In this document: positions 32,982 to 46,056 of the stretch, one piece after another
Numbering within the stretch: the first letter of the stretch is position 1
Layout of the letters: each line of letters starts with the position of its first letter
From: Vezdaea acicularis
Lineage: Eukaryota
Assembly (NCBI GenBank): GCA_026025075.1
Contig: JAPEUI010000027.1
Coordinates: forward strand, 124,001 to 176,417
Direction: 5' to 3'
Length of the DNA: 52,417 nt
Position numbers and translations under genes: made by a program
The notes under the pieces: generated by a model
The model's database searches: none
What the model was told of the DNA's origin: nothing
What the model saw: the letters and a program-made list of their open reading frames with translations, nothing else

Positions 32982-33534
32982 AGCGAGGACCTAGACAGGT
33001 TGTGAGGCGATTCTATTGCATACTCGGACAATTCACTGGGTTTGCATTTGTCATAGGTAGATTCCAATAAGACAAAGCTGTAGGCATCCATCCCCCAATC
33101 CACAGATGCTGGTTTTCTCTATGTGCCACTATGGCCTCCGCGCTAGAGGATTGGTAAATTTGAGTAAGGCCAACTCGTCCATCGCCCCCAAAAACCGCAA
33201 ATACTGGGACGGAGAGCCGCGTGCTTATTCCGAAGAGCATATTTGCTATCTTGCTTTACGAGCAACTCGAGCCATACTGAAGAGTCTATTCAGATACGTA
33301 CCCAACATTTTCATTCTACAGATGCCCTTAGTGTGTAGCCAACATCTCCTTGATCTACATTAATTTTGACTTGTACTTCAAGTCTTGACTTCCTTTGCCA
33401 TCTACCTTCGATATAGCCTGGATAATCACGACGAGCACATACACCCTGCGTTAAGCCACGAGCGTACAAAAATCCCAGGTCTGTATGCGAGGTTCATCAA
33501 AGCCACTCGGATCAAGCGTTGCGACAACTGCCAA

Positions 33535-34658
33535 CTAATACCCCCTCAACCCGTATATCCTCCTCACCTCCCCAGTACTCGGATCTAGGATAACCTTGTA
33601 TCGTGGCTTTTTCGACCCAGGAGGCCCGCAGTACTCTCTCCGTACCGGACCAGTATCAACACGGCCCTCCATCTCCCATGGCATGCCATCCTCTACCTCC
33701 CAACTAGAGAAGCCCTCCAGCTCACGTTCTGTTCCAATATCATCCAGGAATTCTTGCTGCTCTTGGGGTCCCTGCGATACTTGTGGCGATGGACAGTCCT
33801 TCTCATAAAACTCAGGATACTCGTGAAGGTCAAGGCTTTCGGATTGAGGGATTAGAGTGTGCTTTCCGCCTCGTTGCTGCTTGTGAGCGCGATGTCGCAA
33901 GAAGAAATATAGTGCCAGAGACATAAATAAGGAGCCTAGGAGGACACCGATAGCGACACCCGGGAGCCAGTTTGGTATGTCGGTATGTTGGGACGGTGAG
34001 ATCGATGCAGTGGGCGGGAAATTTGTGGTTGCAGTGTGGACTGTAGTCGCCATGTCAGTCGTACCGGTGGCTGTCTCTTAAGATATCAGTTGGGAAACAT
34101 TGCCGAAGGGTTAAAGTAGGTTGTCAAAGACGCACCTTGAACGCTGGAACTACTTGGCTGTTCCACGGACGACACCCAGATGAGGGAAGGTGGATCAGTA
34201 GTAATGATCATTGTTTGGAGCTTCGAAGATGCCGCAGAAGCTGCAAAGATGGTCTCGGTCAAGCTAGGGCTTGAGTGCACCGCCGACGAGAGTTCTTGCG
34301 CATCCGTGGTCAATATCAGGGACGATGAAGTCGTTGTGGCTGACGAAGGCAAGCTTGGTGCCGCGTGAGCTACTGCGGAGCTTAGCTGTGGGAAAGACAT
34401 CTTGAATACAACTGGCGATATTGGCACCGCGAAGGCAGAGCAGAGGGGACATAAAAAAGGCACTGCAATGGCATGCCCTAAAGCACTCGAAGATACAAAG
34501 ATCCCAGAGGCTAGAGCGACCACAAGGGCAGACGCCAGTGTGTATGAAGTGGCTATATTTGCGATGCACGGCTGGCCGAACAAAGACGAGACTCGCTGGT
34601 AGGAACAGAGCAAATTCATCTCAAGAGAAGTTGGGATAAATTCTTGGGAGCCCAGCAT
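33535..34658 (-). CDS. Ser/Thr-rich single-pass membrane protein (Mid2/Wsc-like architecture), 2 exons; start uncertain (34658, 34619 or 34400)
   Basis: Intron 34135-34077 (GTGCGT...CTGAT...AAG) joins the S/T-rich ORF in frame to the ORF carrying TM helix GVAIGVLLGSLFMSLALYFFL, a basic stop-transfer RHRAHK and an acidic ELEG/EMEG tail. Confidence 0.65.
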
Positions 34659-36072
34659 AACTGGTGTGGCTAGCTAAATCGGGCATAGGGAGGTTGTGGC
34701 CTATTTAATTTTCTTTAGGCCGTCCCCTTCCATATGTCAGGCACCGTGTCGTAGTGGGTAAGGGGCCGCATCAATTGGAATCATACGTGTAGTCGTCGTC
34801 ACCATTGTAAGTCGAAGATTGTCTCGCTGTCCGGGGCGAGATGATTCAGAGCGCCCTTTTTCGGCACTACACACTGTGGGGCTTCTAAGCTCAGTTGAAT
34901 TCCCACCATACTACGGGGTGGCGAGTAAACTTGATTCGCGATTTCGATAGGGCTGTCCTGATAGAAGATACTTTTTTTGCAGATTCTGTCTAGCTATCTT
35001 CTCTTTTGCTGGTGGCGTGGGGAGAGGGAGATTTGGGAAAAGATACCTGCTGGGTACCTTCAAGAAGAACACCAGTACTTCCCTGAATGTGTTGCGTGAG
35101 ACGCCAGCTCAATGCGGTAAGTTCTGAGTCCGATTCAGTGATTTGGGTCCAGAAGATCTGGGTTCAATTCCAGCCCCGAACATTTTTCTCTGGTATTTCT
35201 CATCCTTTGGCTATACTCATTGAGTACTTTTTTGATAGTCCTAGGTCCGTTGTAGATCCTTCGCGTTGCACGGCAGACCGCTATTTAGGTTAAGTTGCGT
35301 CCTTACGGGCAAGCATGATCATGCGGAGTTGGGCCATTGGGTGCAAATATTACACGTCCAAGCCCAAACCTGTTAATTGTGAGCGAGATCTATTGAAAGC
35401 ACTAAGGCATGGGAACGAGCTGTCCATCAAAGCATGGCTTAGTCGCACTTTAATGGACACCAGGCTGGCTTTGTGGCGTACGACGCCCATTACTTTAAGG
35501 TCTGCTGGAGTTCGTTTTATCTCAAAAGGGGGGCGGGAAAAGGGGTCCTACGGACCTATTACTTCAAGAGATGGGTTGCTGTAGCTCAGCAGCTTGAACC
35601 ACAATAAGTTCAAGAAAAGTCGTGCCTTTTATTGCAAACTTATGAAAGGAAAACACAGATGGAAAAGACAAATGGGATGGACCACTAATCCAGTCTGCCA
35701 GCAAATACATTGGTGACCTTCAGTTGTGGTTGTACCGCACGATCCGCACTACAAAATATAGGTGTGTACACAGTGTTTCTATGTATTGAGATCAGGCAAC
35801 AGGTAGATCGACTACCTAAGGTCGATGTCACAAATCAGATCCGTAAAAAGGGTCACTCCAGTTGCGACGGCAAGGAAAGCCAAAGTCTGAATACATTAAG
35901 ACGCGCAGGCGAGTACGTATTGAGACTTTGACCCCGACACTGTTATCCAAATGCGGGTGTCCCCGCTCGCCAAGGATATCAACCAGTCAGCCTTCGTGAA
36001 AGCCAAATCTCGCGCTTCTTTAATGATTCCCTCCGCAATACCATAGCGTCGTACTGTAGCGTGACCGTCACG

Positions 36073-37297
36073 ATGCCTTCACTGAACATTACGACCGCCG
36101 CCTCGCTTTTCCTACTCCTCCTCTCTGGCTTTGGATACTACAGCACATGGAAACTCGCAGAGAACACTGGCGTCTTCACAATCATTCAAGGCCTCGGCCA
36201 TAAACACCCACAGCTACTCCCAGGGACCGATGTACCACTTAGAGATCTCACCGGCCTCACCAGTCTCGATCAGTTTATTAACGTCTTGGCCGTAGCCTTC
36301 TGGAGTTTACTTGATGGGAAAAATCCAGCGTTCAGCTCGCAGGCAGTGCACTTCGCAGGTCAGGCTGGAGCAATATGGATAGTGACCTTAATTGAGGGGG
36401 CTCGGCGTGGAAACTGGTGGAGGATCGCATCATTGTACCTCCCCCTCAACATATACCCCATCGTCTGGGCATCAAGTGATTGTTACCAATAGCACTACCA
36501 TTTGGGGAATCTTAGTCCAGACTATCGCCGCAGCAATTGCCTACCCCATCTGGACTGCCATTCACCTCCTTACCTCACCCTGTGCTCTATCACCCCAGGC
36601 CCGCTCGCCAATCGATAGTGCCACAAACCTCTTCGTCCCACCATCCTATCTCCGCACCCTCCCTCTAACCACCCTACTTGGCTTTGCTATTCCCACCGTT
36701 CTGACAGCCCTTCCCAGCCCGCGTATCATAGACCACCAAACCCACCAGCTCTTCCTAGCCATCTGGCAAGCCTGGCCTATCTGGACAGGGCTACTTCAAT
36801 TCGTCCTCCCGGCCTTGGTCGACCTCGTGCTGCCGCCAAAGAAGGCCTTTGTGTCTGCCTCAGCGCGCAATGCGGCCTCGTTACGTTGGTTGAACATCAA
36901 CTACGCTTTTGCCCTTGCGATTGCCACAATCTCGCACCTCGCGCCCCTCATCCTCTCAACTACCACTCTCTTTTTCCCTTCCATCTTCGCAGAAGGTATT
37001 CCCGCTGCGCTGCACCCGGCACTCATCTTTCTCCCGCCCAGCCCTTTGAAGACGAGTCCGACCACACTCTCGCAAGGCATGCAAGCGCTCTTCCTATGGG
37101 ACGAGATCACAATGTGTGCTGCAGCAGTGTTGTGGTCGGCGGTGCTGGAGCACAACAGTAGTGGGTGGCAGGCGGGCAAGTTGCTTGCAAGCATACTTGT
37201 CACAGGACCAGCGGGTGCAGCAGTGCTGGCTATCTGGGGAAGGGATAGAGCGGTGCTTGGGGGAGGAGATGAGTTGCTAACGAAGAAGCTGATTTAG
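36073..37297 (+). CDS. Integral membrane protein of the CtvD/AurD/AtmA(PaxA)-like family, 2 exons
   Basis: Intron 36435-36492. Motifs LPGTDVPLR..TG...D, FWSLLDGKNPAFS.QA.HFAG, IEGARRGN, WGILVQ, PIWTAIHLLTSP, LGFAIPTVL and LAIWQAWPIW. Recognised by motif memory only. Confidence 0.65.
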
Positions 37298-37549
37298 ATC
37301 TCACGTGTGATCATGTGTGATAAGTATAAAGTCGTATCTAAGGAAAAGACCAAGAAAAGGCCGTCTCAGATGTATCCCGCAGATGTAAGCGAAGATACGA
37401 GGACTAAAATCCCTATATATGCTCCGCCCAATGTTTCGTATCAGCGTAGCTCATTACCATATATGCTAGCCAAATTTTCCTTAAAGGAAGAAATATCAAG
37501 AAAATTTGAAGCGATTGTAGACTGTCTCATCAAGTTTGGTGCTGGATCT

Positions 37550-40230
37550 CTAAGCTTTGAGTCTGCGCTCTTCGCATCCAACGCATACGGGATTTTCGTC
37601 CTCGCCACGAGTGAAGAACTTTCCATCTTCAAAAGGGCCACCGCACTCCTGAACTACTATTAGCAGAACGCCACTTCTAGAAAGAAGGCAGACGAAACTC
37701 ACCATACAGGAGAAACACCCTTCATGCCATTCCGCCCCAAGTGCCTTTACCACCATCTCTGTGACAGGCTTGCGACACTTCTTACAACGAGTCGAGTACC
37801 GATTAGTATGGCAGCCGACACACCACGCATACCCATCCTTTTCCACAAATGGCGTGGTAGACTCAAATGGCTAGTTTTGCGTCAGCTATACACCCTTTAG
37901 AATCCCAGATAGACAGGTAGACAACTCACATCCCCACACTCCGCACAAAAAAAGTGCCCCTTATGCCACGTTCCTCCACATGCCACCACCACCTCGCCCT
38001 CGATTGGCGTCTTGCAACTTCTGCACCGCGGACTATACAACTCGTGGAAGTCCAAGTGGCAGTAAAACCTGAGTTTCTCGTCTCCATCCTCGGCTTCAGT
38101 CATGCCCTCCGCTTCTTCGACAGGAACACCTTGAGCGCGCAATCGGATTCGCCCGATGCGCTCGTCGCGCTTTTGGTCGGGTTCGGGGTAGAAGGCGACG
38201 CATTCGAGGCCCTCGCCACAGTTGAAGCAGATAAAACATTCAGAATGGAAGCGCTCCCCTGCGGCGCTGACAACACGACCGGCGATGGGAAGGGAGCACT
38301 GCGTGCAGCTAGCAGTTGGGCGCCGGCCAGAGAGAGAGTAATGAGGTGTTGACATGGCTGCTGGGGCCGAAGAGATGTGTGCTGGTAGAGGACGTCCCGT
38401 GTTTGCTTTTGTAGAAGGGAGTGGCCGTGTAGTCTTCTTCGAGGAGGTATCTGAAGGGACTTCAATGGAGATGGAGGGAGGTTCGGGCAGGTTGATGGAG
38501 GGTAGTGCGTTGACTTGTATTGAAGGAGTCTCCATAGCTCTGACCTTCGGCACGCTGGCTCGGGCGGACGATGCTTTCAGCACTGTAGCGCTCGGAACAG
38601 TCTTCGTCCTTGCGAAAGGGCTCTTTGGCTGCCATGGAGTCTTCTTCTTCTGCTCTTCCGCTGCATTTTCCTTTGGTCGCCAGTTCGGATCAAAACTCAC
38701 GATTGGACGGCCAGGCTTGTCACTCATGACTGTCGGTACCGGCAGCCGTGGACTCCTGTCTTTCAATCGCATGCTTGTAGCTTGCCGAATTTCATCGTTA
38801 CGTATCTCAATGCCGTTCTTGAAACGAGGGGTCTCATCACCATCGGTCCTTGCCTCAGAATCACTGGCATCGGCAGAATCGGGTGGTGTTGGATGTAGAC
38901 TATTTGTAATGTACCCTGCAGCGCGGGGTTGTCCTGGTACGTTGGTAATGTCTTTGCTCGGCGGGACTCGTTCGAAGGCCACAATTGGAAGCGTATTAGC
39001 CCTTACTGGAGGTTCTTGAGTTGGAGGAAACGCCGTTACTGAGTTTCTGTGTTTGACGCTCAACGGTGCTGGCATCGCGACTTCTGTTTGAGACGGATGT
39101 CCTTCGATCTCTTTCTCAGGCTCTTCATAAATTTGATCGTGTGGGTTTCTGAATAAGCTAGGTCCACTTTCGCCGCTAACATTCCTAGAGCGTGGCCCAC
39201 TGCTACGCCTTCGCTCTTGGGAATGCGCACGATTAGGATTCTTCGTCAATTTTAGATAAGCCTTCTTCTCCGGCGAGTCCCACAGCTCATGGATCTTTGG
39301 GGTTACCGCCAATCCTGGCCCCTTGCATTTAGGCTGAGCAGATGCGCCCGATGACCCGCTCGAAACACGTGAACTGTTGTTACTGCTGTTCTGGCTCTGC
39401 GTCATGAGTGCGCTTGCATACCGAGTCGCGCTCTGGGTCCTTGCATGGCTTCCCTTTTTGAGGTGCTGCCTATAACTATAAGGCTTATCATGCTTTGCAT
39501 TGGGTACACCAGGATTTTGATGCTTCCACACCAGCATGGCAGCTTCATCCAGAGCAGCAGCGTGTAGACTTGCTTCTTGTTGTAGGTCCATGTCATGGAG
39601 AGCACTTGAGAGGGACCGCGCTTCTTGCTTCTCCATCCACCGCTGGCCATTTTCTAAGTATATAGCGCTTGGCAGAACCTTTGTTGTCTTCGCAACCGGG
39701 GGGAAATCGTCTATATCAGGTACAAGAGGCGGTTTCACTAGTGCGCGGCCAGGACCGACATCCAGTACCGTACCAGGAGCTGCTGAGTACCGCCTATGGG
39801 AATTCACACTAGAGCTTCGACCAGTCACGTCATACTGGAAATTATGAGAGTATCTCGATCTCGCAGAGGCTCTTGGTGCTGGTGGCGGAACTTTTGTCGA
39901 GGGTATGAAGTCGTTCGGAGTACCATTTCGCAAGGCAGCGCTCGCTGCCGGTTGTGGTCTTGACCCTGTTGGACGTTGCAGTGGATTGGCTCGAAGTTCA
40001 GTAAGGTATGCAGCTGTCGGGTACTGGTGTGAGTCGGAATTGCCACCTGCTTGGGGCATGACATAAGGAAATATCACATTCTTCAACGGTGAAGAACGCA
40101 CAGATTGGTCTAAGGATCGAACGCTAGAAGGAAATAAAGGTTGCTGACCGACTTGAACTTTCGACATGAACGTCGGACCTGGCGTGCCCATACTGTGTGG
40201 TCTCTCTCTGCTTTTTGATCTATGAAGCAT
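37550..40230 (-). CDS. LIM-domain protein (paxillin/Pxl1-like) with three C-terminal LIM domains
   Basis: CTQCSLPI...FHSECFICFNC...YCHLDF; CRSCKTPI...WHKGHFFCAEC...WCVGC; CKKCRKPV...WHEGCFSC.EC...VCVGC. Introns 37929-37871 and 37702-37649. Confidence 0.88.
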
Positions 40231-40856
40231 CTTGAGTAATGGTATTTATTTATGATACAAGCTAGTGGGAGAGGTTGATAGCCTTAATAAGAATTGGCGG
40301 GTGGCTACAGTCAGCGTGCTGGGCTCTAAAAATCGTCTAAAGAAAGCAGCCTCAAAGAATGTAAGAACATATTAGATAGTGAAAGGATACAAGGAATGAT
40401 TGAGGGTTCGGCTTGCGAATTGGAGTCGAGGTCTCGGTGTTCGCTATGACACCTTCGTCGGCCCAGCGTTGGCACAGCAACACGTCGCTCCACACATCTG
40501 TCCCCCGCATCGCGAAGTTATACGTTATGCACGCACATTTAAATATCCACTTTGTCCGGTCGCCGAAGACAGCTAGCAACTTTCTCAAAAAGACGAACCC
40601 CGGTTTAAGCAGGTCTCAATGTCAGGTTCCTTTGTCCAACATGCTCAGGCACCCGTCTCTGTTCGCGGCGGCGGCGATACTTCCGATCGGCTGGTCGGCA
40701 TTGCGGCAAACATCAACGGCTGATGATGTAGCTGGATGCCGATACCGCACTCTAGATCAACCCACGATCTGTGCGCTTATACTAGAAATTCTCGAACATG
40801 TTCTCTTGCAATTGGCAAATTCATAGATGCAATTGGGGAGCTCAAGTAATACTGTC

Positions 40857-42475
40857 ATGAATGGATATTATTCAACCGCATCTACCCGACTTTCGAGGGA
40901 CCAATCCCATGACGAAATTGACCACTTGCCACCTCCCAGCGATTCCGAAAAGAGCAGTGAGGTCTTGGATGGAGGGGAGTTTCATAATCCAATTCAACAA
41001 GAGGACATACCACCTAACGGTGGCTATGGCTGGGTCTGCGTGATATGCGTCTTTTGGATCAACGCGCATACTTGGGGCCTGAACAGTGTATAACATTCAC
41101 CAATATCAAAGACTCCAGAGACCTTGATGACTGACACAGACTGCAGTCGTATGGTGTTTTTCTTGCTCACTACCTCTCCGCCAACACTTTTCCCGAAGCC
41201 TCCTCCCTTGATTATGCTTTCGTTGGTGGTCTTTCCATCTCCCAAGCTCTTCTAGTATCTCCAATTGCAACAATTGTAACTCGAAAATATGGCACTCGGG
41301 CTACATTGCTTACAGGGGTGTTTTTGGAAATGATCTCCCTTGTTGGTGCAAGCTTTGCAACGCGAATATGGCAACTCTTTCTCAGCCAAGGCATTTGCTT
41401 TGGGTGGGGCATGGGTTTCTTGTTCGTTGGCTCTGTCGGCATTATTCCACAATGGTTCACCACAAGGCGGAGCATCGCCAACGGAATTGCTACCGGGGGT
41501 AGTGGATTAGGAGGCATGATGTACAGCCTGGCAGCAAACGTAATCATACAAAAGCACGGACTGGCATGGGCATTCAGGATCCTCGCCATTCTCGCATTCG
41601 TCGTCAATCTTTCATGCTCTGTCCTTGTCAGGGATCGGAACAAACAGATCGAACCGAGCCAACTCGCATTCGACTATCAGCTCTTCAAGAAGTTCAAATT
41701 CTGGTTGTTGTTAGGCTGGGGGTTTTTCTCTATGTTAGGTTATATTGTCCTTCTATTCTCGCTACCAGATTATGCAATCAGTATTGGGCTCACTGCGCAG
41801 CAAGGCTCGGTGGTTGCTGCTGTGTTGAACCTAGGGCAAGGTTTGGGACGACCCGTAGTGGGTTATTTTAGTGATGCGGCTGGCCGTATCAATATGGCTG
41901 GGTTCATGACTTTCTTCTGCGGTCTCATCTGTTTCATAATCTGGATATTTGCAAAAACATATGGAGTTCTTATATTCTTTGCCTTCCTTGTGGGTACCAT
42001 CGCTGGTACGTTTTGGACGGTAAGTCATCATTGGGGTGGGAGTGGTACTGAGCCTTATTAATATCCCGATCTAGACCATCGCACCTATTGGAGCTGAAGT
42101 ATGCGGCTTGAAGGAGCTCCCCTCTGCGCTCTCTATTACCTGGCTAGTTCTTGTTTTGCCAACAACATGTATGACTTCCTTGACAAGCTTGACCTGGGTT
42201 GTGCTGACATTCGCCTAGTCTCTGAGGCAATTGGGCTAAAATTGCGCCAGAAAAGCGGAAATATTTACCTACATGCCCAGGTTTTCACCGGATTCATGTA
42301 TGTTGCCGCCGCGATATGCATGTGGCTCTTACGAGCTTGGAAGATCGCAGAAGTAGATGAACTCGCACCGCATAATGAGAAAAAACCTCCCGTTCTAAAT
42401 CTTGGGGGCAGACATGTTGATTGCGAACCAAAGTCGCCTCTAATGAGGCGGCTTTTGTTGTGGAAACGAGTATAA
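40857..42475 (+). CDS. MFS monocarboxylate-transporter-like (MCT/Mch family) permease, multi-exon
   Basis: PPNGGYGWVCV...NAHTWGLNS|SYGVFLAHY, WQLFLSQGICFGWGMG, PQWFTTRRSIANGIATGGSGLGG, YFSDAAGRIN. Alternative ATG at 40827. Confidence 0.9.
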
Positions 42476-42862
42476 AGACATGAACATGATGAAGTACGAG
42501 ACAAGAGTTTGGGTTCAGCTACATAGAGAATACGATGCAGTTTGACGAACTTCCCATAGTCGGGAGATTACAATAATCATCCTTCTCAGAGCTTTGCGAG
42601 AGGAATTTCACAAGGGGGCGCAAGAATACGGTGCCATATACTCAGATTCTACACCGCTGGCTTATGTGCTCTTCGAGTGATTTACGACCTTCCAACGAGG
42701 TCTTGGGAACTATGGGGCTTCGTGGGCATATGAAGGCTCCAAATAGGTTCAATGTCATGCATTTCTCCCGTCAACCCCCAGAGCTTTTCGTGCAGAGATC
42801 ACATAATGCCGGTCTGTTTTTCCACACGATATTCTACTATGAAAGCTCCCAAAAGTCTATCC

Positions 42863-43687
42863 TTACAGCCTCCTAGGCGCCCTACTCCTACAGCCCCCAA
42901 ACTTCAAGCGACTCGCATCTGTAACCCTGATGACTCTTCCCCGAATAGATCGTCCCTCCACTCCGGTCAACGCCTTCACAACGGCGTCTCGTCCCTTCCC
43001 AAAACCCCTAAACACAACTTCTAATTTCTGTATCTCCGCCACCAAGCCTCTATCCTGGATAGTACGAAAGACCCAACCTGCTAGCTGGTATGCGGCGTCG
43101 TACTCGCCGCGCTTGCTCTTGCGAAATCCGATGTTACCTGTAGATACCGATATGAGAGGTTGCCGTTTGGGTGTTGTTAAGGTAAGGTGCGTGTTATGCT
43201 TGTGCGAGTAGATGTGGAGGTGGTGTGGTGGGATGATTACTGGGGTTAGGGATGCCACAGGGGCGAAGCTGGAGGTGCGATTCAGGGAGGCAAATGCAGG
43301 AGGCCCTCCCCTGGATGCCATACGAGAACTAAGGGAGCCAGAGAGGGAGCCGAGGGTTGAGGATGTTGTAGAGCGTGGTGGTGTTGATTCTTTCGAAGAG
43401 AGGAGGTCGCCCAGAAGAACCTGGGTAGCGGATGACTTTTCAGATGTCGAGGGTAGAGCGATAGAGATATCGGATTTAGGTTTGGAGGATTTTTTCTCAC
43501 TCGGTGATGATGACCAGCCTAATGGCTTGGGAGGGTTCGTGGGTGTTGTGGTACTATATTCTGAGCTATTGAGCGATGTCCGCGCGATAATTTTCCGACG
43601 GGTTTTCGGTCGAATATTCGGTGGTGATGGCCGAACGCGAAGGCATAGCCGTGCCGAGAAAGAGCGATTGAGCAGCTCTTTGCTCAT
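42863..43687 (-). CDS. MRPS18: Mitochondrial small ribosomal subunit protein uS11m
   Basis: Presequence followed by an S11 domain: HLHIYSHKHNTHLTLT, STGNIGFRKSKRGEYDAAYQL, LEVVFRGFGKGR, DASRLKFGGCRSRAPRRL. Confidence 0.9.
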   Translation of the reverse strand: MSKELLNRSFSARLCLRVRPSPPNIRPKTRRKIIARTSLNSSEYSTTTPTNPPKPLGWSSSPSEKKSSKPKSDISIALPSTSEKSSATQVLLGDLLSSKESTPPRSTTSSTLGSLSGSLSSRMASRGGPPAFASLNRTSSFAPVASLTPVIIPPHHLHIYSHKHNTHLTLTTPKRQPLISVSTGNIGFRKSKRGEYDAAYQLAGWVFRTIQDRGLVAEIQKLEVVFRGFGKGRDAVVKALTGVEGRSIRGRVIRVTDASRLKFGGCRSRAPRRL

Positions 43688-43933
43688 GATAGCTAGATTG
43701 ATAAGAACCTATTGCTAGATTATCATGTCTTGATCCGTGAGTTCAAAGGTCACTCCCTGGGGTCAAGGATTTAGATGGCCAAGACGGGAATAGCCGAGGC
43801 GAGACGATCAGCTTTCCGTCCTCGAGATTTTCCACTCCGAGTCCGTACGCCACAGAGCATCGCCAACTCCACAATCATTCTACGTGTCGGCGATCCCATC
43901 CTGTGGGAACCAGACGTTTGCTGAGGTCTTATT

Positions 43934-45716
43934 ATGAACGCTCTGCACCAGGTGAGATCCCTGGGGGGGTCTGCGTCTATTGTCGCACAGATCCCATTCG
44001 CAGCCGCAACAAGGCATACATATGGAAGATCAGCAGCGTATAGGCGGTTACATGCCATTCCAGGACATTCCAGTGACCTTCAACAGACACAATTATTGTT
44101 TAGTTCAATATATCGTACTCCAGACACATATCCACCTTTCGCCTTAACCTCATCATTCCTTCCCTCGAAGCTAAGGGAACGGACCCTGAGATCACAGCAA
44201 AATCTTCAATTTCACTCTGCTTCTCGGGCACTACAGCAGGCACAGAGGAAAGAAGAGGAACCTACAGACAGGCCTGAGAAAGAAGACGCTACGAGAGCAG
44301 CGGAAAAGGGAGATACCGCTAAGGGGCCTTCAGGTGAGGAGAAGACAGCAGGAGGCTCGTCCTCTAAGAGCCAGGAGGAAAATAGCGAGAGTAGCGAGGG
44401 CAAGTCAGAAGGAGAAGGTGAAGGAGAACGAGAGGAGAAGAAAAGCAAGGAGCCTCCTCCACCTCCACCGCCACATGGCGACAAGTCCCCTTGGCAGGTC
44501 TTTACCGAGACGTTACAGACCGAGTTCAAAGCTTCAAAGGAATGGAACGAGTCGACCAAGCAACTTGCATCATCCGCGCATCAGTTCACGGAGAATGAGT
44601 CGGTTCGCAAGGCAAGAGCTGCATATTCTGCTGCAACAGGGGCGGCAACGTCAACCACTGCTCAAGCTCTCAAGGGAACGGGCAAGGTCATAGGAAAGAC
44701 CGCGGCATGGACATGGGAAACACCCGTAGTGAAGGGGGTGAGAGCTGGTGTGACAATAACTGGAGATATTATCGAAAAAACCACTAGACCGGTCAGAGAA
44801 ACGGAGGCATATAAGAAAACTGTCGGCGGAGTCAAGGACGTAATTGACGATGGGAGCAGCTCGAGATATGGCGGCTGGACGGAAAAGGAAGAGAGGAAGA
44901 GGAGACGTGAGCTTCGAGAAGCGGAGGAAGCCAGGTTAAGTGGTAGGCCAGGCCTGAGGGCCGAGAAAATAGAAGAAGACCCCAAGTGAGTTCAAGCTCA
45001 ATTCAACTCAGATGGCCTCAGCTAACGTATGGCCCTTAAGTGCTGGTACGAATGTAACGCTCCATAAAGACGCCAAGTGGAAAGAATCCTGGAAAGAGTT
45101 CCGCGACTCCTCCCGCGTAATGCAATCTCTCTTCTCTCTCAAATCCTCCTACAACGAGTCCGAAAATCCCTTCGTCGCCACCGCCCGCAGCATCTCCGAC
45201 CGCGTCGCCGGCTTCTTCGCCGAGAACGAAACGGCGATGGTGATCAAGAAGTTCCGTGAGATGGACCCGAATTTCCAGATCGAGCCCTTCCTGCGAGAGA
45301 TGCGCGAGTACATCCTGCCGGAGGTGCTCGATGCGTATGTCAAGGGCGACACCGAGACGCTGAAGCTCTGGCTGAGCACTCCGCAGTTCCAGGTCTACTC
45401 GGCCCTGGCGCAGCAGTATACTACCGCGGGCCTAAAGTCGGATGGAAGGATATTGGATATCAGACATGTCGACATCCTATCGGCGCGTATGCTAGATCCT
45501 GGCGAGATACCAGTCTTCATCATCACCTGCCGCACGCAAGAAGTACACGTCTACCGCAATGCAAAGACCAATGAGTTGGCCGCCGGGATGGAGGATCGGG
45601 TGCAGCTGGTCACCTATGCAATCGGTGTCACGAGAGTTCCCGAAGATGTAAATAACGCTGAGACGAGAGGCTGGAGGTTGATCGAGCTGCAGAAAAGCGG
45701 GAGAGATTACATCTAA
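43934..45716 (+). CDS. TIM44: Mitochondrial import inner membrane translocase subunit Tim44
   Basis: HGDKSPWQVFTETL..EFKASKEWNES, SSRYGGW, intron 44986-45040, NAGTNVTLHKD, FFAENETA, YILPEVLDAYVKGD, GRILDIR, CRTQEVH, GWRLIE. Confidence 0.95.
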
Positions 45717-46056
45717 CAAGTCTCCGCCTCAATGGCTCGAGTTTTTTCTATTTTGTAGTTGGCCAATTTGGACGTCAGGCATTTTGCCGACGTCGGTCAA
45801 TCTGGGACGGTTTCTGGGAGGCTTCACGGCGCGCCCCGCACTTTCTTCTCTGTACCACTCCTGTCGCCCGGGCTTTGGGGCGTTTTTGCATCTGCATGGC
45901 TCGGCGCATTGTACATTTGAACGCTACACGCCACTCTGACCTAGTTAATACAAGCTTTGACCCGCCCGTTCCCCACTCCGCCTAGCAGGCCAACTCCTTC
46001 CCAAAAATGATATACAACGAAAGTAAGCCCCAACGCCAGCCCCCAACGCCACATGC

